This document shows positions 32,183-42,430 of a stretch of DNA of 64,000 nucleotides, piece after piece (position 1 is the stretch's first letter; the number at the start of each line of letters is the position of its first letter). The translations under genes were made by a program, and so were the position numbers. This stretch comes from an uncultured delta proteobacterium (GTDB taxonomy: Bacteria; Desulfobacterota; Binatia; UBA9968), in assembly GCA_963760795.1 (NCBI GenBank), contig CAVXEP010000001.1, positions 64,001 through 128,000 on the forward strand, given 5' to 3'. Under the pieces are notes generated by a model. It had not been told where the DNA came from, ran no database searches, and was given only the letters and a program-made list of their open reading frames with translations.

Positions 32183-33319
32183 GACGGATCAAACCGTTGC
32201 TTCCTGGTCCGAAGCCCTGCAGATAAGTCCGCGTGCAGCAGCCGGTGAAACAGATGCTCGCCCGCTTCGCGACGAACTGATAAACGCCCGGTATTGTAGG
32301 CGCGAGAATTCAAACCGCGCTGCACCGACTGGCAAATAGCCACGTCCTCGGCCTGAATTTGCTCGCTGACGGCGATGCTGGCTAGATTCTTTTCTCGCGC
32401 CGATGCGGAAACGTCGGCGAAGTAGTAGTCGAAGATGACTTCGGTCATGTCGACGCCGCGCGGGATGACCAGATTGGTATCCATCACTTCGTCGTAAATG
32501 TTGATCATGAAATTGGGATAGATCCAGAGATAGTTGGCGCGCTCGCCTTTGCGCACGGCGGCGGTTTTGACTTCGCCCTTTTCGGACGCGATGGGACTCG
32601 ATTGCAGGCAAAAGCGCTCGCCGGTTTCGATCTTGTATTTGCTGTTGTCCAAAACGCTGCTCAGGCCGCCGTGGATATGCGGCACATGGTAGCCGCCGTC
32701 GAGATAGTTGTCGACGAAGACTTTCCAGTTGCAGTTCAAGAAGTAAGCACGGCGCTCGAACCACGAATACTGTTCAAGGTTCAAGGGTTCAAGGCGTTCA
32801 ATCAGATCGGTGCCGACGTAATCCGTCAGGTCGGGATCGCCACTCTCTAGTTTAACGAACACCCAGCCATGCCATTCCGCGGTTTGGACCGGGACGAGGC
32901 CGTTGGCGCTTCGATCGAAGTTGGCAACGCCGGCAAATTCCGGTGTGAGGATCAGCTTGCCTTCTAGGTCGTAGGTCCAGCCGTGATAGGGACAGCGGAG
33001 ATTTTCGGCTTTGCCTTCACATTTTGTCACGACCGCCGCGGCATGGTGGCGGCATACGTTGAAGAAGCCGCGCAGGACGCTGTCGTTGCCTCTGACGACG
33101 AGAATCGCTTCGCCCGCTACATCCGCCGTGATGTATTGCCCTGGATTGCGAACTTGATCGGAGCGACCGGCGAGTTGCCACGACTGCGAAAAAACGGTGC
33201 GCTGTTCCAACTCAAGAATTCGCGGATCGGTATACCAGGCGGAGGGAGGAGTGGATGCTTCCGCTAGCGGAGAGTTGGGATCGTAGCGTTCGATGAGTTC
33301 CGCGTACGGAAGGTCTCAT
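32179..33319 (-). CDS. Rieske non-heme iron oxygenase alpha subunit (choline monooxygenase-like); 5' frameshift
   Basis: NVCRHH, CPYHGW, NWKVFVDNYLDGGYHVPHIH, EDVAICQSVQRG; the open frame extends upstream of 33210 (ASTPPSAWYTDP). Confidence 0.9.
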
Positions 33320-33574
33320 GCTATTGCCCCACGGATAAGTTCAAAAAAATCTGCCGCGGGTCATAAAACGTACCGCATATGCGTCCGATGTATCGCGGCT
33401 TTGTTTGCTGCGTCCACAAGACGACTTCGTGATCGACTTTCTCGCGGTTCAGGTCCAGCCGATCTCGAACCGCAGCGTTTCAGCTTCGATCGCACCGACT
33501 CGGCGAAAACCTTGACGGCGATCAAACGAGCCTCAGGGCGATTCTATTCAATTAGTTAGATCGTTATTATCGTC

Positions 33575-34546
33575 CTAGGCGCTGCTTCCCAATTCCCGCC
33601 GCGCTTGTTCGGCGAAGCTCCAGTTGCGCACTTTGTCGAGCGGGACGGGGTCTTTGCTTTTCAGTTCGAGCATCGACTGATCCACCAGGGATTGCACCGC
33701 GGCGTCGGAGACGACTCCGCCGTCGGACCAACTTCGTTTACCGAGTTCGTAACTTCTAGAAGCGACTTCGCGATCGAGCCGGAGCCAGTTCACCAGCATC
33801 TGGATGGTTTCTTCGCGATTGGCGCTGGCGAAGGCCATGGCGCGGAAGACTGCTCGGATTACGCCGTAAACTTGCTTGGGATTTTTCTGAATCGTCTCGT
33901 CGCGGACGGCGAGACCGGCGAGCGGTAGCTCTAAGCGTTCGCCGAACCAGAGCAGGTCTTTGTAGCCGGCTTTCTCCGCTTGCAGGTTGTACGGCAGAGT
34001 TAAGATCGTCGCGTCGACGCTGCCGGAAATGAGCGCAGCGTAGCGCGCCGCGGCTCCGCCCATTTGCAAACGAATGAGATCGCGGTCGGGGTCCAAACCT
34101 TCTTGTTTGGCGACCGTGCGGAGCGCGAGATCGGCGGCGGCGCCGAAGCTGCCGATGGCGATGCGTTTGCCTTTGAGATCGCGTACGGTTCTCACGTCTC
34201 GCTTGACGGTGAGAAAGTAGTCGGGACGGCCGAGCAAGACGGCTACCGTTTTAACCGGCAAACCGGCGCTGGCGGCGTTTATCGCTGAAGTGCTGGGAGT
34301 GGCGAATTCGACGCTGCGGGTGAGCAATGCGTTGACCGCGATATTGGTGCGCATCGTAATCGTCAATACGTCAAAGCCTTCGTCGCGAAAAAATCCTTTG
34401 CGCGCGGCGATCTCAAGCGGCAAGGTGCTGAGGCCCGCACCGGTGGAGGCGATCTTGATTTCTTCGGCTGCGGCAACGACAGATGGTGAAAGTACCAGGA
34501 CGGAGAAGATTGCGACGAAGAAACGCAATGCGTATGACTTCTTCAT
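33575..34546 (-). CDS. SsuA/THI5(NMT1)-like ABC substrate-binding protein
   Basis: Signal peptide; KGFFRDEG, DLKGKRIAIGSFG, ARYAALISGSVDA. Confidence 0.88.
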   Translation of the reverse strand: MKKSYALRFFVAIFSVLVLSPSVVAAAEEIKIASTGAGLSTLPLEIAARKGFFRDEGFDVLTITMRTNIAVNALLTRSVEFATPSTSAINAASAGLPVKTVAVLLGRPDYFLTVKRDVRTVRDLKGKRIAIGSFGAAADLALRTVAKQEGLDPDRDLIRLQMGGAAARYAALISGSVDATILTLPYNLQAEKAGYKDLLWFGERLELPLAGLAVRDETIQKNPKQVYGVIRAVFRAMAFASANREETIQMLVNWLRLDREVASRSYELGKRSWSDGGVVSDAAVQSLVDQSMLELKSKDPVPLDKVRNWSFAEQARRELGSSA

Positions 34547-34587
34547 CCTGGCATAGGTCGACGAAGCTAGCGAAGTGAGGTTTACGA

Positions 34588-34938
34588 TTACGCTTCTTTC
34601 GCAGTCACATGGGCGCCGCCGAACGCTTCGGAGCGGTTGCCGACGAGCACCAGCGGTTCGGTGCCGACGTTAGTGATCTGGTAGTAATCCTTGGCGCCGA
34701 AAAAAACGATCTCGTTCTGCTCAATCACGCGCTCTTCGCCTTTGAGCCCTTTGACCGACGCTTTGCCTTGAAGCACGAGAAAAGTTTCCGGCGACATATG
34801 GAAATGCATGTCGGTGTGTTCGCCGGGGCGGAAATAAAGAATCCATGAGCGAAAAGTCTCCGAACCGAAGAGCGGCATGAAGCGTTTGTCCTGGTCCTTG
34901 GCCGTCCGCATGGTGTCATTGATATTCGCGAATTCCAT
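34588..34938 (-). CDS. Small cupin protein
   Basis: PGEHTDMHFH..PETFLVLQG cupin motif 1; GGAGG RBS. Confidence 0.85.
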   Translation of the reverse strand: MEFANINDTMRTAKDQDKRFMPLFGSETFRSWILYFRPGEHTDMHFHMSPETFLVLQGKASVKGLKGEERVIEQNEIVFFGAKDYYQITNVGTEPLVLVGNRSEAFGGAHVTAKEA

Positions 34939-35007
34939 ACAACCTCCGATATTTGGCGGTCTTTAAGCTTCAGCTTGGCCCGAATTTGGCGGATCCTGCT
35001 AGATTGT

Positions 35008-35874
35008 TCAGTCCGTCAGATCCAGCAGGACGCCGTCGGGATCGGCCAAGCTTTGCTTGCACAGCTTGCAGCCTTCGAGGTTTTTCTGGCGCGTTTCACC
35101 TTCGCGGCCGATGGCGATTTTTCTCGGCGCGGAAGCGGGCGAGGATGCAGCTAGGGCGTCAAGATCCTTTTTTGTTTGTTCAAGATCGTCGACCTTGAAG
35201 CCGAAGTGATCCAAGCCCGCCATATGGCCGCGATACTGGATCATATCCCAGGGACGGATCGCAAGATTCACTTTTCCGTCGGTAAGATAGTAGCTGTTGT
35301 CGCCGGACATTCCCTCGACCGGCTGGAGATCGAAAACTTTCTGGTAGAACTCGGCGATATAAGCGGGGCGGCCGCTGCGGATACAAACATGATTGATCCA
35401 GCGCGGCTGTTCCCAGCCGAACTCGACGTATCCTTCGCGCACGTTGGCCATGCCTTTTTGCGACAGATCGTATTGGTTGCCGTCCGGGTCATGGCCGCGC
35501 AAGCCGGCAAATGGCACATGTCCCGGGCTCTCGTGAATGTAGATATCGGGGTATGACTCTTTGATGCGATCGCGGACCAACTGGACATTGTCGACGGCAA
35601 AGCCGAAATGATCCAGGCCCGATCTCGACCCGGGCTGGCGCTGCAAGAGGGCGAGGCCGATGACGCCGTCGCTCAAATGGCCGCGGTCCTTGTTGTAGTC
35701 GCCTTTCTCATCGGTCATGCCGTTGGTGATTTTCTTCATGCCGAAAATCGTTTGATAAAATTTCGCTTCGCGATCCCAATTTTCGGTCAACACGGCGATA
35801 TGTCGAATGCTGGTAAACATGGTCCTTACCCTCCTGTGTGATTGATTCATCTCAAAGTTGGTCGTTGCTGTCAA
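35008..35874 (-). CDS. Two-domain VOC family protein
   Basis: IRHIA / INHVC, two LDHFGF, two DPDG motifs; the start may be the internal ATG (MFTSIRH). Confidence 0.85.
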   Translation of the reverse strand: MTATTNFEMNQSHRRVRTMFTSIRHIAVLTENWDREAKFYQTIFGMKKITNGMTDEKGDYNKDRGHLSDGVIGLALLQRQPGSRSGLDHFGFAVDNVQLVRDRIKESYPDIYIHESPGHVPFAGLRGHDPDGNQYDLSQKGMANVREGYVEFGWEQPRWINHVCIRSGRPAYIAEFYQKVFDLQPVEGMSGDNSYYLTDGKVNLAIRPWDMIQYRGHMAGLDHFGFKVDDLEQTKKDLDALAASSPASAPRKIAIGREGETRQKNLEGCKLCKQSLADPDGVLLDLTD

Positions 35875-35972
35875 ATGGATAGAAGCCGGTGCTCCCGGCA
35901 GTTTTTCCGGCGAACGCGCCTTGATTCTAAAAACCTGGAAGGATAGAAACGAAGCGATCTTAAAAAACGCCG

Positions 35973-36827
35973 ATGACTATTCGCTCGTTCGATTTACTCC
36001 AACCGCGATCCTTGGCCGAAGCCGTGGAGCTTTTGCATAAGCATGGCGACGACGCCCGCGCCATTGGCGGCGGCACGACCCTGGTTATTCTGATGAAGCA
36101 GCGCGCGCTGCACTATCCCTACTTGGTCGATTTGCAGACGATTCCGGGGCTGAATCACATCACCAAAGAGAATGACGGCATACGCATCGGCGCTCTGGCG
36201 ACCCATCGCATGGTCGAGCTGTCGCCGGTCATTCGGCAAGCTGTCCCCGTGGTCGCCGAGGCGTTCAGCCATATCGGCAACGTGCGCGTGCGTCAGACGG
36301 CGTCGGTTGGCGGCAATCTCGCCCATGCCGATTATCGTTTGGACCCGCCGCCGCCCTTGTTGGTTCTTGACGCCCAAGTCTCGGTCTTCGGCGCCAACGG
36401 CGCGCGCACGATTCCGCTCAAGAGATTTTTCCGCGGCATGTATGAAACCGCGCTGGAGCCAGGCGAGATTCTCTCCGAGGTATTCATTCCGCAGCTGCCG
36501 GTAAACGGCAAAGCGGTCTACCTGCGTTACAACGCATTGTCGGCCAATGATTGGCCTTGTTTGGGCGTGGCGGCGTTCATGCGGAAGGACAGTGGCCGGT
36601 GTCAGGAACTCCGTCTCGCGCTCGGCGGCGTGGCGGCTACGCCGCTGCTGATCTCCGGATTGGAATTCGCCAACGACCAGCTGGTCGACACCGGCTTGGT
36701 TGATCGGATTCTCGCTGCGGTGGACGAGCAGATCTCGCCTTCTGCAGATTTGCGCGGCTCGGAGTGGTACAAGCGCCGCATGGCTCGGCTGTTTACTCAA
36801 AAGGCGATTGCGCAGTTGAACGGATAA
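35973..36827 (+). CDS. Xanthine dehydrogenase-family FAD subunit (CoxM-like)
   Basis: IGGGTTL, VRQTASVGGNLAHAD, DLRGSEWYKR. Confidence 0.92.
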   Translation: MTIRSFDLLQPRSLAEAVELLHKHGDDARAIGGGTTLVILMKQRALHYPYLVDLQTIPGLNHITKENDGIRIGALATHRMVELSPVIRQAVPVVAEAFSHIGNVRVRQTASVGGNLAHADYRLDPPPPLLVLDAQVSVFGANGARTIPLKRFFRGMYETALEPGEILSEVFIPQLPVNGKAVYLRYNALSANDWPCLGVAAFMRKDSGRCQELRLALGGVAATPLLISGLEFANDQLVDTGLVDRILAAVDEQISPSADLRGSEWYKRRMARLFTQKAIAQLNG

Positions 36828-36831
36828 ACCC

Positions 36832-39162
36832 ATGGCAAATTTCGCAGTGGTCGGACAATCGGTTTATCGCAAGGACGCCAACCCGAAGGTTACGGGACGG
36901 GCTTTGTACGTCGGCAATATCGATATGCCGGGTATGCTTCATGTCGCGGTATTGCGCAGTCCGTATCCTCACGCGCGCATCGCGCGCATCGACAAATCCA
37001 AGGCCGAGGCGCTGAGCGGCGTGGCGGTGGTAGTCACGGGCGCCGAGATCGCCAAGATGCCGGGAATCGATCCCCACTTCGGGCCGGCGTTTCGCGACCA
37101 GCCGATTCTCGCCGTGGAAAAAGTCTGTCATGTCGGCGATCCGGTGGTCGCGGTGGCGGCGGTCGATAAGCGCACGGCCGAGGACGCCTTGCAGTTGATT
37201 GAAATTGACTACGATCCGTTGCCGGCGGTTTTCAATGTGCTCGATGCCGTCACGGAACAGTCGGCGCTGGTCCATGAAGTACACCGGCCGGCCAAAGCGT
37301 TCGCTGATCTGGCTCATGTCCAGGCCGGCCAAAAGTCCAATATCTGCTATCAGTTTAAACTTCGCTTGGGCGACGTCGATAAGGCCTTCGCTGAAGCCGA
37401 CCGGGTGTTCGAAGATCAGTTCACTTCGCCGCCGGCGCAGCATGTGCCGATGGAGCCCCATGTCACGCTGGTCTATCTCGACGAGCATGAACGGGTAAAC
37501 ATCTGGACCGCCAGCCAGTCGCCATCGTATGTGCGCACGGAGGTGTCGGCGACCTTTGGCATCCCGATGCACCGGATTCGCGTGCGTGTGCCTTATCTCG
37601 GCGGCGGTTACGGCGCAAAACTTTACGCTAAGCTGGAACCGCTGGTGACGCTTCTAGCGCTGATCACAAGGAAACCGGTGCGTTACACGTTGACGCGAGA
37701 AGAGGAGTTCCTGACCGTCACCAAGCATGGGGTGGTGACCAAGATCAAGACGGCGCTCAAGAACGGCGCGATCACGGCGCGCAAGTGCGAGGTCTATTGG
37801 GACACCGGCGCCTATGCCGAGATCGGCCCGCGCATCGGTCACAAATCGGGTTACACTTCCGCCGGGCCCTACAAGATCCCAAACGTTTGGATCGACTCTT
37901 ATTGTGTGTACACGAACAAGGTTCCCGCCGGCGCCTTTCGCGGTTTCGGTGTGCCGCAGGTTATATGGGCGTACGATTCGCAGACTGACATGATCGCGCG
38001 CGCCCTCGGTGTCGACCCCGTCGAATTTCGTCTCCGGCCGATGCTTGACGAAGGCGAGGCGTTCGCCACCGGCACGTTGGTGAAGTCCTTCGGTATTAGA
38101 CAGGCGACCCTTCAAGCCGCCCAATCCATCGACTGGTCGAAACCGCGCACGGCCCAATCCGGCACCAAGTTTCGCGGCAAAGGCATCGCCGCCGGCGTCA
38201 AAGCGGTGCTCACGCCGTCGATTTCGGGCGCGATCGTGATTCTCAATGCCGACGGCACGGCCAATGTCTTGAGCAGTACGGTGGAAATGGGCCAAGGGTC
38301 GGAGACGACCATGAGTCAGATCGTCGCCGAGGAGTTGGGCATCGCCGCCGACGAAGTCCATATCGTCCAGCCCGACACCGATGTCACGCCTTACGATACC
38401 ATTACCGCCGGCAGCCGCTCGACTTACCATATGGGCAATGCAGTGCGCATGGCTGCCGCCAAGGTCAAGGCAGCACTGTGCGATGTGGTGGCGTCAAAGC
38501 TCGAGGTCGATCCCGACGATCTGGCTGCGGGCAAGGGGCGCATTTACGTCCGCGGCCTGGAAGAACGCGGCATGACCATCGGGCAAATTTTTTTGGCCAA
38601 GTTTGGCAGCCTCGGCACCACTCTGGCGGCCGAAGCGGTTTGCCAGCCGAGCGCGGCCCATATGGATCCCGAAACCGGCCAGTCTGAGAAGTGCACGGAG
38701 TACTGGTTCCCGTCGGCGACCGCCGCCGAGGTCGAGGTTGACACCGAGACCGGGCAGGTCAAAGTGCTTCAACTGGTGAGCGTCGGCGATACTGGGACTT
38801 CGATCAACCCGCGCCATTGCGAGCAGCAACTGCAAGGAGCTGCGCTCATGCACCTGGGACTCACTATGTTCGAGGAGATGATTTTCGAGGACGGACAGCT
38901 GGTCAATGGCTCACTGCTCGATTACCAAATCGCTTCGATCAAAGATATGCCGGAAGCGGTCCGTCCGGTGGTAATTCAGGTGCCTCATGAGGACGGGCCG
39001 TTCGGCGCCAAAGGGGCCGGTGAGACCGGTGCCCTAACAGTGGCGCCGGCGATTGCCAACGCGATCCACGACGCCGTCGGTGTGCGCATTCGCGACTTGC
39101 CGATCACGGCGGAACGGGTGTTAAGAGCGTTGGCAGAAAAAGACCAGATGGCGCGGGGTTAG
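36832..39162 (+). CDS. Xanthine dehydrogenase-family molybdopterin subunit
   Basis: LRSPYPHA, GGGYGAK, AFRGFG, EMGQG, GAKGAGE. Confidence 0.93.
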   Translation: MANFAVVGQSVYRKDANPKVTGRALYVGNIDMPGMLHVAVLRSPYPHARIARIDKSKAEALSGVAVVVTGAEIAKMPGIDPHFGPAFRDQPILAVEKVCHVGDPVVAVAAVDKRTAEDALQLIEIDYDPLPAVFNVLDAVTEQSALVHEVHRPAKAFADLAHVQAGQKSNICYQFKLRLGDVDKAFAEADRVFEDQFTSPPAQHVPMEPHVTLVYLDEHERVNIWTASQSPSYVRTEVSATFGIPMHRIRVRVPYLGGGYGAKLYAKLEPLVTLLALITRKPVRYTLTREEEFLTVTKHGVVTKIKTALKNGAITARKCEVYWDTGAYAEIGPRIGHKSGYTSAGPYKIPNVWIDSYCVYTNKVPAGAFRGFGVPQVIWAYDSQTDMIARALGVDPVEFRLRPMLDEGEAFATGTLVKSFGIRQATLQAAQSIDWSKPRTAQSGTKFRGKGIAAGVKAVLTPSISGAIVILNADGTANVLSSTVEMGQGSETTMSQIVAEELGIAADEVHIVQPDTDVTPYDTITAGSRSTYHMGNAVRMAAAKVKAALCDVVASKLEVDPDDLAAGKGRIYVRGLEERGMTIGQIFLAKFGSLGTTLAAEAVCQPSAAHMDPETGQSEKCTEYWFPSATAAEVEVDTETGQVKVLQLVSVGDTGTSINPRHCEQQLQGAALMHLGLTMFEEMIFEDGQLVNGSLLDYQIASIKDMPEAVRPVVIQVPHEDGPFGAKGAGETGALTVAPAIANAIHDAVGVRIRDLPITAERVLRALAEKDQMARG

Positions 39163-39166
39163 ATTC

Positions 39167-39649
39167 ATGAAGCGCGAGATTGCACTGAGAATCAATGAGC
39201 AGGAGGAGCGCATTACCATCGACGACGCCGACACGCTGCTCGAAGTCTTGCGCGAGCGCTGCAAGTTGTGGAGCGTGCGCGAAGGTTGCGGTGTCGGCGC
39301 CTGTGGCACTTGCACGGTGTTGCTTGACGGCAAGCCGGTGAGCTCGTGCCTGCTGCTTGCTGCGCGTGCCGCCGGCTGTGACATTCTCACAGTCGAAGGC
39401 TTAAGCGAAGGTGAGTCACTGCATCCGATTCAGCAGGCTTGGGTCGAAGAGCGCGCGTTGCAATGCGCCTACTGCACGCCTGGCTTCGTGCTCTCGGTCA
39501 AAGCCCTGCTCGAAGAGAACACCGATCCAAGCGATGACGAGATCCGCGAATATCTTGCCGGCAATCTCTGCCGCTGTGCCGGCTATGCCGATATCCTGCG
39601 CGCGGTCCATGCGGCGCGTGTGAAGCTTAAAGCTACAGTCAATTGCTGA
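39167..39649 (+). CDS. Xanthine dehydrogenase-family 2Fe-2S subunit (CoxS-like)
   Basis: GCGVGACGTC, QCAYCTPG, NLCRC. Confidence 0.95.
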   Translation: MKREIALRINEQEERITIDDADTLLEVLRERCKLWSVREGCGVGACGTCTVLLDGKPVSSCLLLAARAAGCDILTVEGLSEGESLHPIQQAWVEERALQCAYCTPGFVLSVKALLEENTDPSDDEIREYLAGNLCRCAGYADILRAVHAARVKLKATVNC

Positions 39650-39867
39650 TCAGTCGTCCACTCCCGCCTCCTGCAATTCCACAATTTGAACATTTCTGTC
39701 GTTATGGGGGCCTCAAGGCAACTTACGACATTTTTGTGCCGCTGCGGTGCGAATTGTCCGTCATCGTTGCCACGATTGCCCCGGGTTCATCGCAGTCGGC
39801 AGTCAACTCATTAACAACGCTAGACAAATCTTATAGCTGGTGGTCGCCACCCGAGCTTCGAGGTCGC

Positions 39868-39882
39868 TGGCACGCCATGTGC
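39868..39882 (+). promoter_or_regulatory. Possible sigma54 promoter
   Basis: TGGCAC-GCCAT-GTGC with correct GG/GC spacing, 53 nt before ATG 39936. Confidence 0.5.
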
Positions 39883-39935
39883 TGATGAGACCGGGAGAGG
39901 GCTCAAGTTCAACCTAAAAGCGCCAACAGTGATAT

Positions 39936-41834
39936 ATGGATATCCAGCAAAACCATCAATTCGCTAGTAAGAAGCGGTCATGGAATGTCGATTGGATCTT
40001 CGGTGTGGCCAAGAAGGAAACGGTTATTCGTTTGCGCTGGCCGCTGGTCATACTTTCCTCCTATCTGCTTTACTACGCGCCGGTTGCATGGCTCTCCGCG
40101 ACGCAAGTCCAGGCGCTTCTGAGTCTCTATCTCTTGAGCCACGCCACGCTGTATTTTTTGGCGGATGATTTTTTCGATTCGCCCTATTTCTACGGTCCTT
40201 TGCTGGTATTCGATACCCTGGTGCTGATCGTCGTCTTGAGCGCCAGCGGTGCGGCGAGTCCCGACTTTTATATCGCCTGTGTCGTGACCGTCGTCTTGAG
40301 TCTGATCTGCAACGACTCTCGCGGTCTCCTGGTAGTAACGATCCTGGCGCCGCTCCTCTACGGCTACGCATTGTTTAGCTCGTCCACCGTGCTCGAGCCG
40401 GAGCTTTTTGTTCAGCTGCCGTTTCCCTTCGTGATATCGCTGTTTTACGGTTATTTCGCTCAGGTCGGCAGGATGCGCCGGCTGGCCCGGGAAAAAGAGC
40501 AAGAGGTGCGGCGCGAGCAGCGTGCGGCGGAAGAACTGCGCCGCCAGCGCGAGCGCTTGGAGGCGATGCATGAAGTCAACGTCGCCGTGACCTCGACCAA
40601 CGAAACCAAGAGCATTCTGAATGGTCTGTTGGAGAAAACCTTAAGCCACTTGCCCTATGCCGCGGCGCTGGTTAGGTTGCGCGACCCGCAGTCGCAGCTG
40701 GTCGAGACGGTTGCGGCCAAGGGCTTCGATACTAAAGAGCGGTTGGACGCGGATACGCTCAGCTTTGTCGATGGGATCATGAAAGCCACCGAGCCCTTGA
40801 TGGTGTGCAACGTCTTTGCTGATACGCGGTTCGAGAATTTGGCGTTTTTCAAAAAAGAAGGCTTAGTGTCGATCATCGGTCTGCCGCTGGTGGCCAACCA
40901 CGAAAGCCTCGGCTGTCTTGTCTATGCGACCCGTGAAGAGCATGGCTTTGGTGCTGAAGAAGTCGAGTTTTTAGACACGCTGGCCGGCCAAGCCGCCATG
41001 GCGATCCACCACTCGCAGTTGTACCGCCAAAGCCAGCAGCAGACCGAAGAGCTGCGTCATGCGCACAAGATCAAAGATGAGTTTCTCAAGGTGGTTTCCA
41101 ACGAATTAAAAACGCCGCTCAGCGTGATCGTCGGTTACACCGACATGTTCAACCAAGGATTGTTGGGCCAACTGACGCCGATTCAAGAGAAGGCGATCGC
41201 AACCATCGAGCGGCAATCGAAAGAGCTTGGCGGTCTAATCAACACGGTTCTGCGGGTGAGCGATATCGAGTCGGAGACTCTGCGCGCCGGCGAAAATGAA
41301 ATCAGTCTGTGGGAATTTCTGTCCGAGCTGCGCTCGGAGTACGACACCCCTCTGGAGAAAAACGTCAAACTCGTCTGGGATTATCCGGCGGATTTGCCGA
41401 CCATCCAAAGTGACCGGCCCAAGCTCAAACGCATTGCTGAGAATCTGATCAACAATGCCGTCAAGTTCACCGAACATGGCACGGTGACGATTTCGCTCTA
41501 CTATTTGGCAGCGGCTAAAATTCTTGAGCTCACGGTGGCCGATACCGGAATCGGTATGGCGAGCGAAAGGCGCGGTGTGATATTCGAGAAGTTCCGCCAA
41601 CTACATGATTCCCATCTGGTACCACAGCATGGCGGCGTCGGATTGGGACTCTACATTGTCAGGAAGTACATGGACATTCTCGGCGGTGAGATTCGCGTCG
41701 ACAGCGAGCCGGGGAAGGGATCGACATTTACCATGCGCATCCCGATAGCGCTCTACAAACAAGCGACGCTGCATGAACAGCTTTTACTGCCTACCGGAAT
41801 CGAAACACCGAGGGTTGGTTTAGAGTCAAGATAG
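39936..41834 (+). CDS. Membrane GAF histidine kinase-like protein with the H-box His replaced by Asn
   Basis: About 5 TM segments, GAF domain, VSNELKTPL, NLINNAVKFT, DTGIG, GVGLGL. Confidence 0.88.
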   Translation: MDIQQNHQFASKKRSWNVDWIFGVAKKETVIRLRWPLVILSSYLLYYAPVAWLSATQVQALLSLYLLSHATLYFLADDFFDSPYFYGPLLVFDTLVLIVVLSASGAASPDFYIACVVTVVLSLICNDSRGLLVVTILAPLLYGYALFSSSTVLEPELFVQLPFPFVISLFYGYFAQVGRMRRLAREKEQEVRREQRAAEELRRQRERLEAMHEVNVAVTSTNETKSILNGLLEKTLSHLPYAAALVRLRDPQSQLVETVAAKGFDTKERLDADTLSFVDGIMKATEPLMVCNVFADTRFENLAFFKKEGLVSIIGLPLVANHESLGCLVYATREEHGFGAEEVEFLDTLAGQAAMAIHHSQLYRQSQQQTEELRHAHKIKDEFLKVVSNELKTPLSVIVGYTDMFNQGLLGQLTPIQEKAIATIERQSKELGGLINTVLRVSDIESETLRAGENEISLWEFLSELRSEYDTPLEKNVKLVWDYPADLPTIQSDRPKLKRIAENLINNAVKFTEHGTVTISLYYLAAAKILELTVADTGIGMASERRGVIFEKFRQLHDSHLVPQHGGVGLGLYIVRKYMDILGGEIRVDSEPGKGSTFTMRIPIALYKQATLHEQLLLPTGIETPRVGLESR

Positions 41835-41863
41835 TTGCGACGCGCGGGAGCGGCGCAGAATAT

Positions 41864-42430
41864 TTAACGTGGCGTGTCTGAAATCGCCCGGTTGCCACGT
41901 TTCAAATACATTTTGACCCAATGGTCGTAAAGATTGTCGGGCCGCAAGACATCGATCCGTTTACCGCCATTGGCGGTCTCGACGACAATGCTGACGGATA
42001 GCTCCTGCCAGGATACCCCGAGCAGTCGTTCGTTGCTTTGTTCAACCAAAGCCCCGATGGTGCGCATGAGCTGAGATAGACCGTGCCCGTCGGCGCTGCG
42101 GCTGTGGCGCCGCCGCAATTGGCGGCGGTCGCGCTCGATCCGGTCAAGATCTTGGAACGAGTAGCGTAAGCGCTTAGCGAGTTGCGACGAGGTATTGGTA
42201 TAGGTCTCTTCGTGGCCGATCACACGCGGCGCAACTCGATTCTTCCAAAGTTTTTGCAGGCGATTGCGGCTAATTCGCAGCAGCGGATTTTGGCTCGCCG
42301 TCGGCGACTCTGGGCGCAGCCAAACCAGATAATTATCGCCGGTGCATTCTAAATTGAATCGGTCGAGCTGAAGGTTCTCCAGATCGTGGCCAATGACGCG
42401 CAAATGGCGCGCGTAATCGTTATTGCCCAT
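41864..42430 (-). CDS. Hypothetical protein
   Basis: Open frame with an internal repeat (YARHLRVIGHDLE / LSQLMRTIGALVE); start uncertain. Confidence 0.65.
   Translation of the reverse strand: MGNNDYARHLRVIGHDLENLQLDRFNLECTGDNYLVWLRPESPTASQNPLLRISRNRLQKLWKNRVAPRVIGHEETYTNTSSQLAKRLRYSFQDLDRIERDRRQLRRRHSRSADGHGLSQLMRTIGALVEQSNERLLGVSWQELSVSIVVETANGGKRIDVLRPDNLYDHWVKMYLKRGNRAISDTPR

Noticed and set aside
33320-33560. Possible small gene or remnant (PEARLIAVKVF on the minus strand)
   Set aside because: Too short and without a coherent frame to assign.
36832-39162. Aerobic CO dehydrogenase (coxL)
   Set aside because: The active-site loop is AFRGFG, not AYxCSFR (form I) or AYRGAGR (form II).
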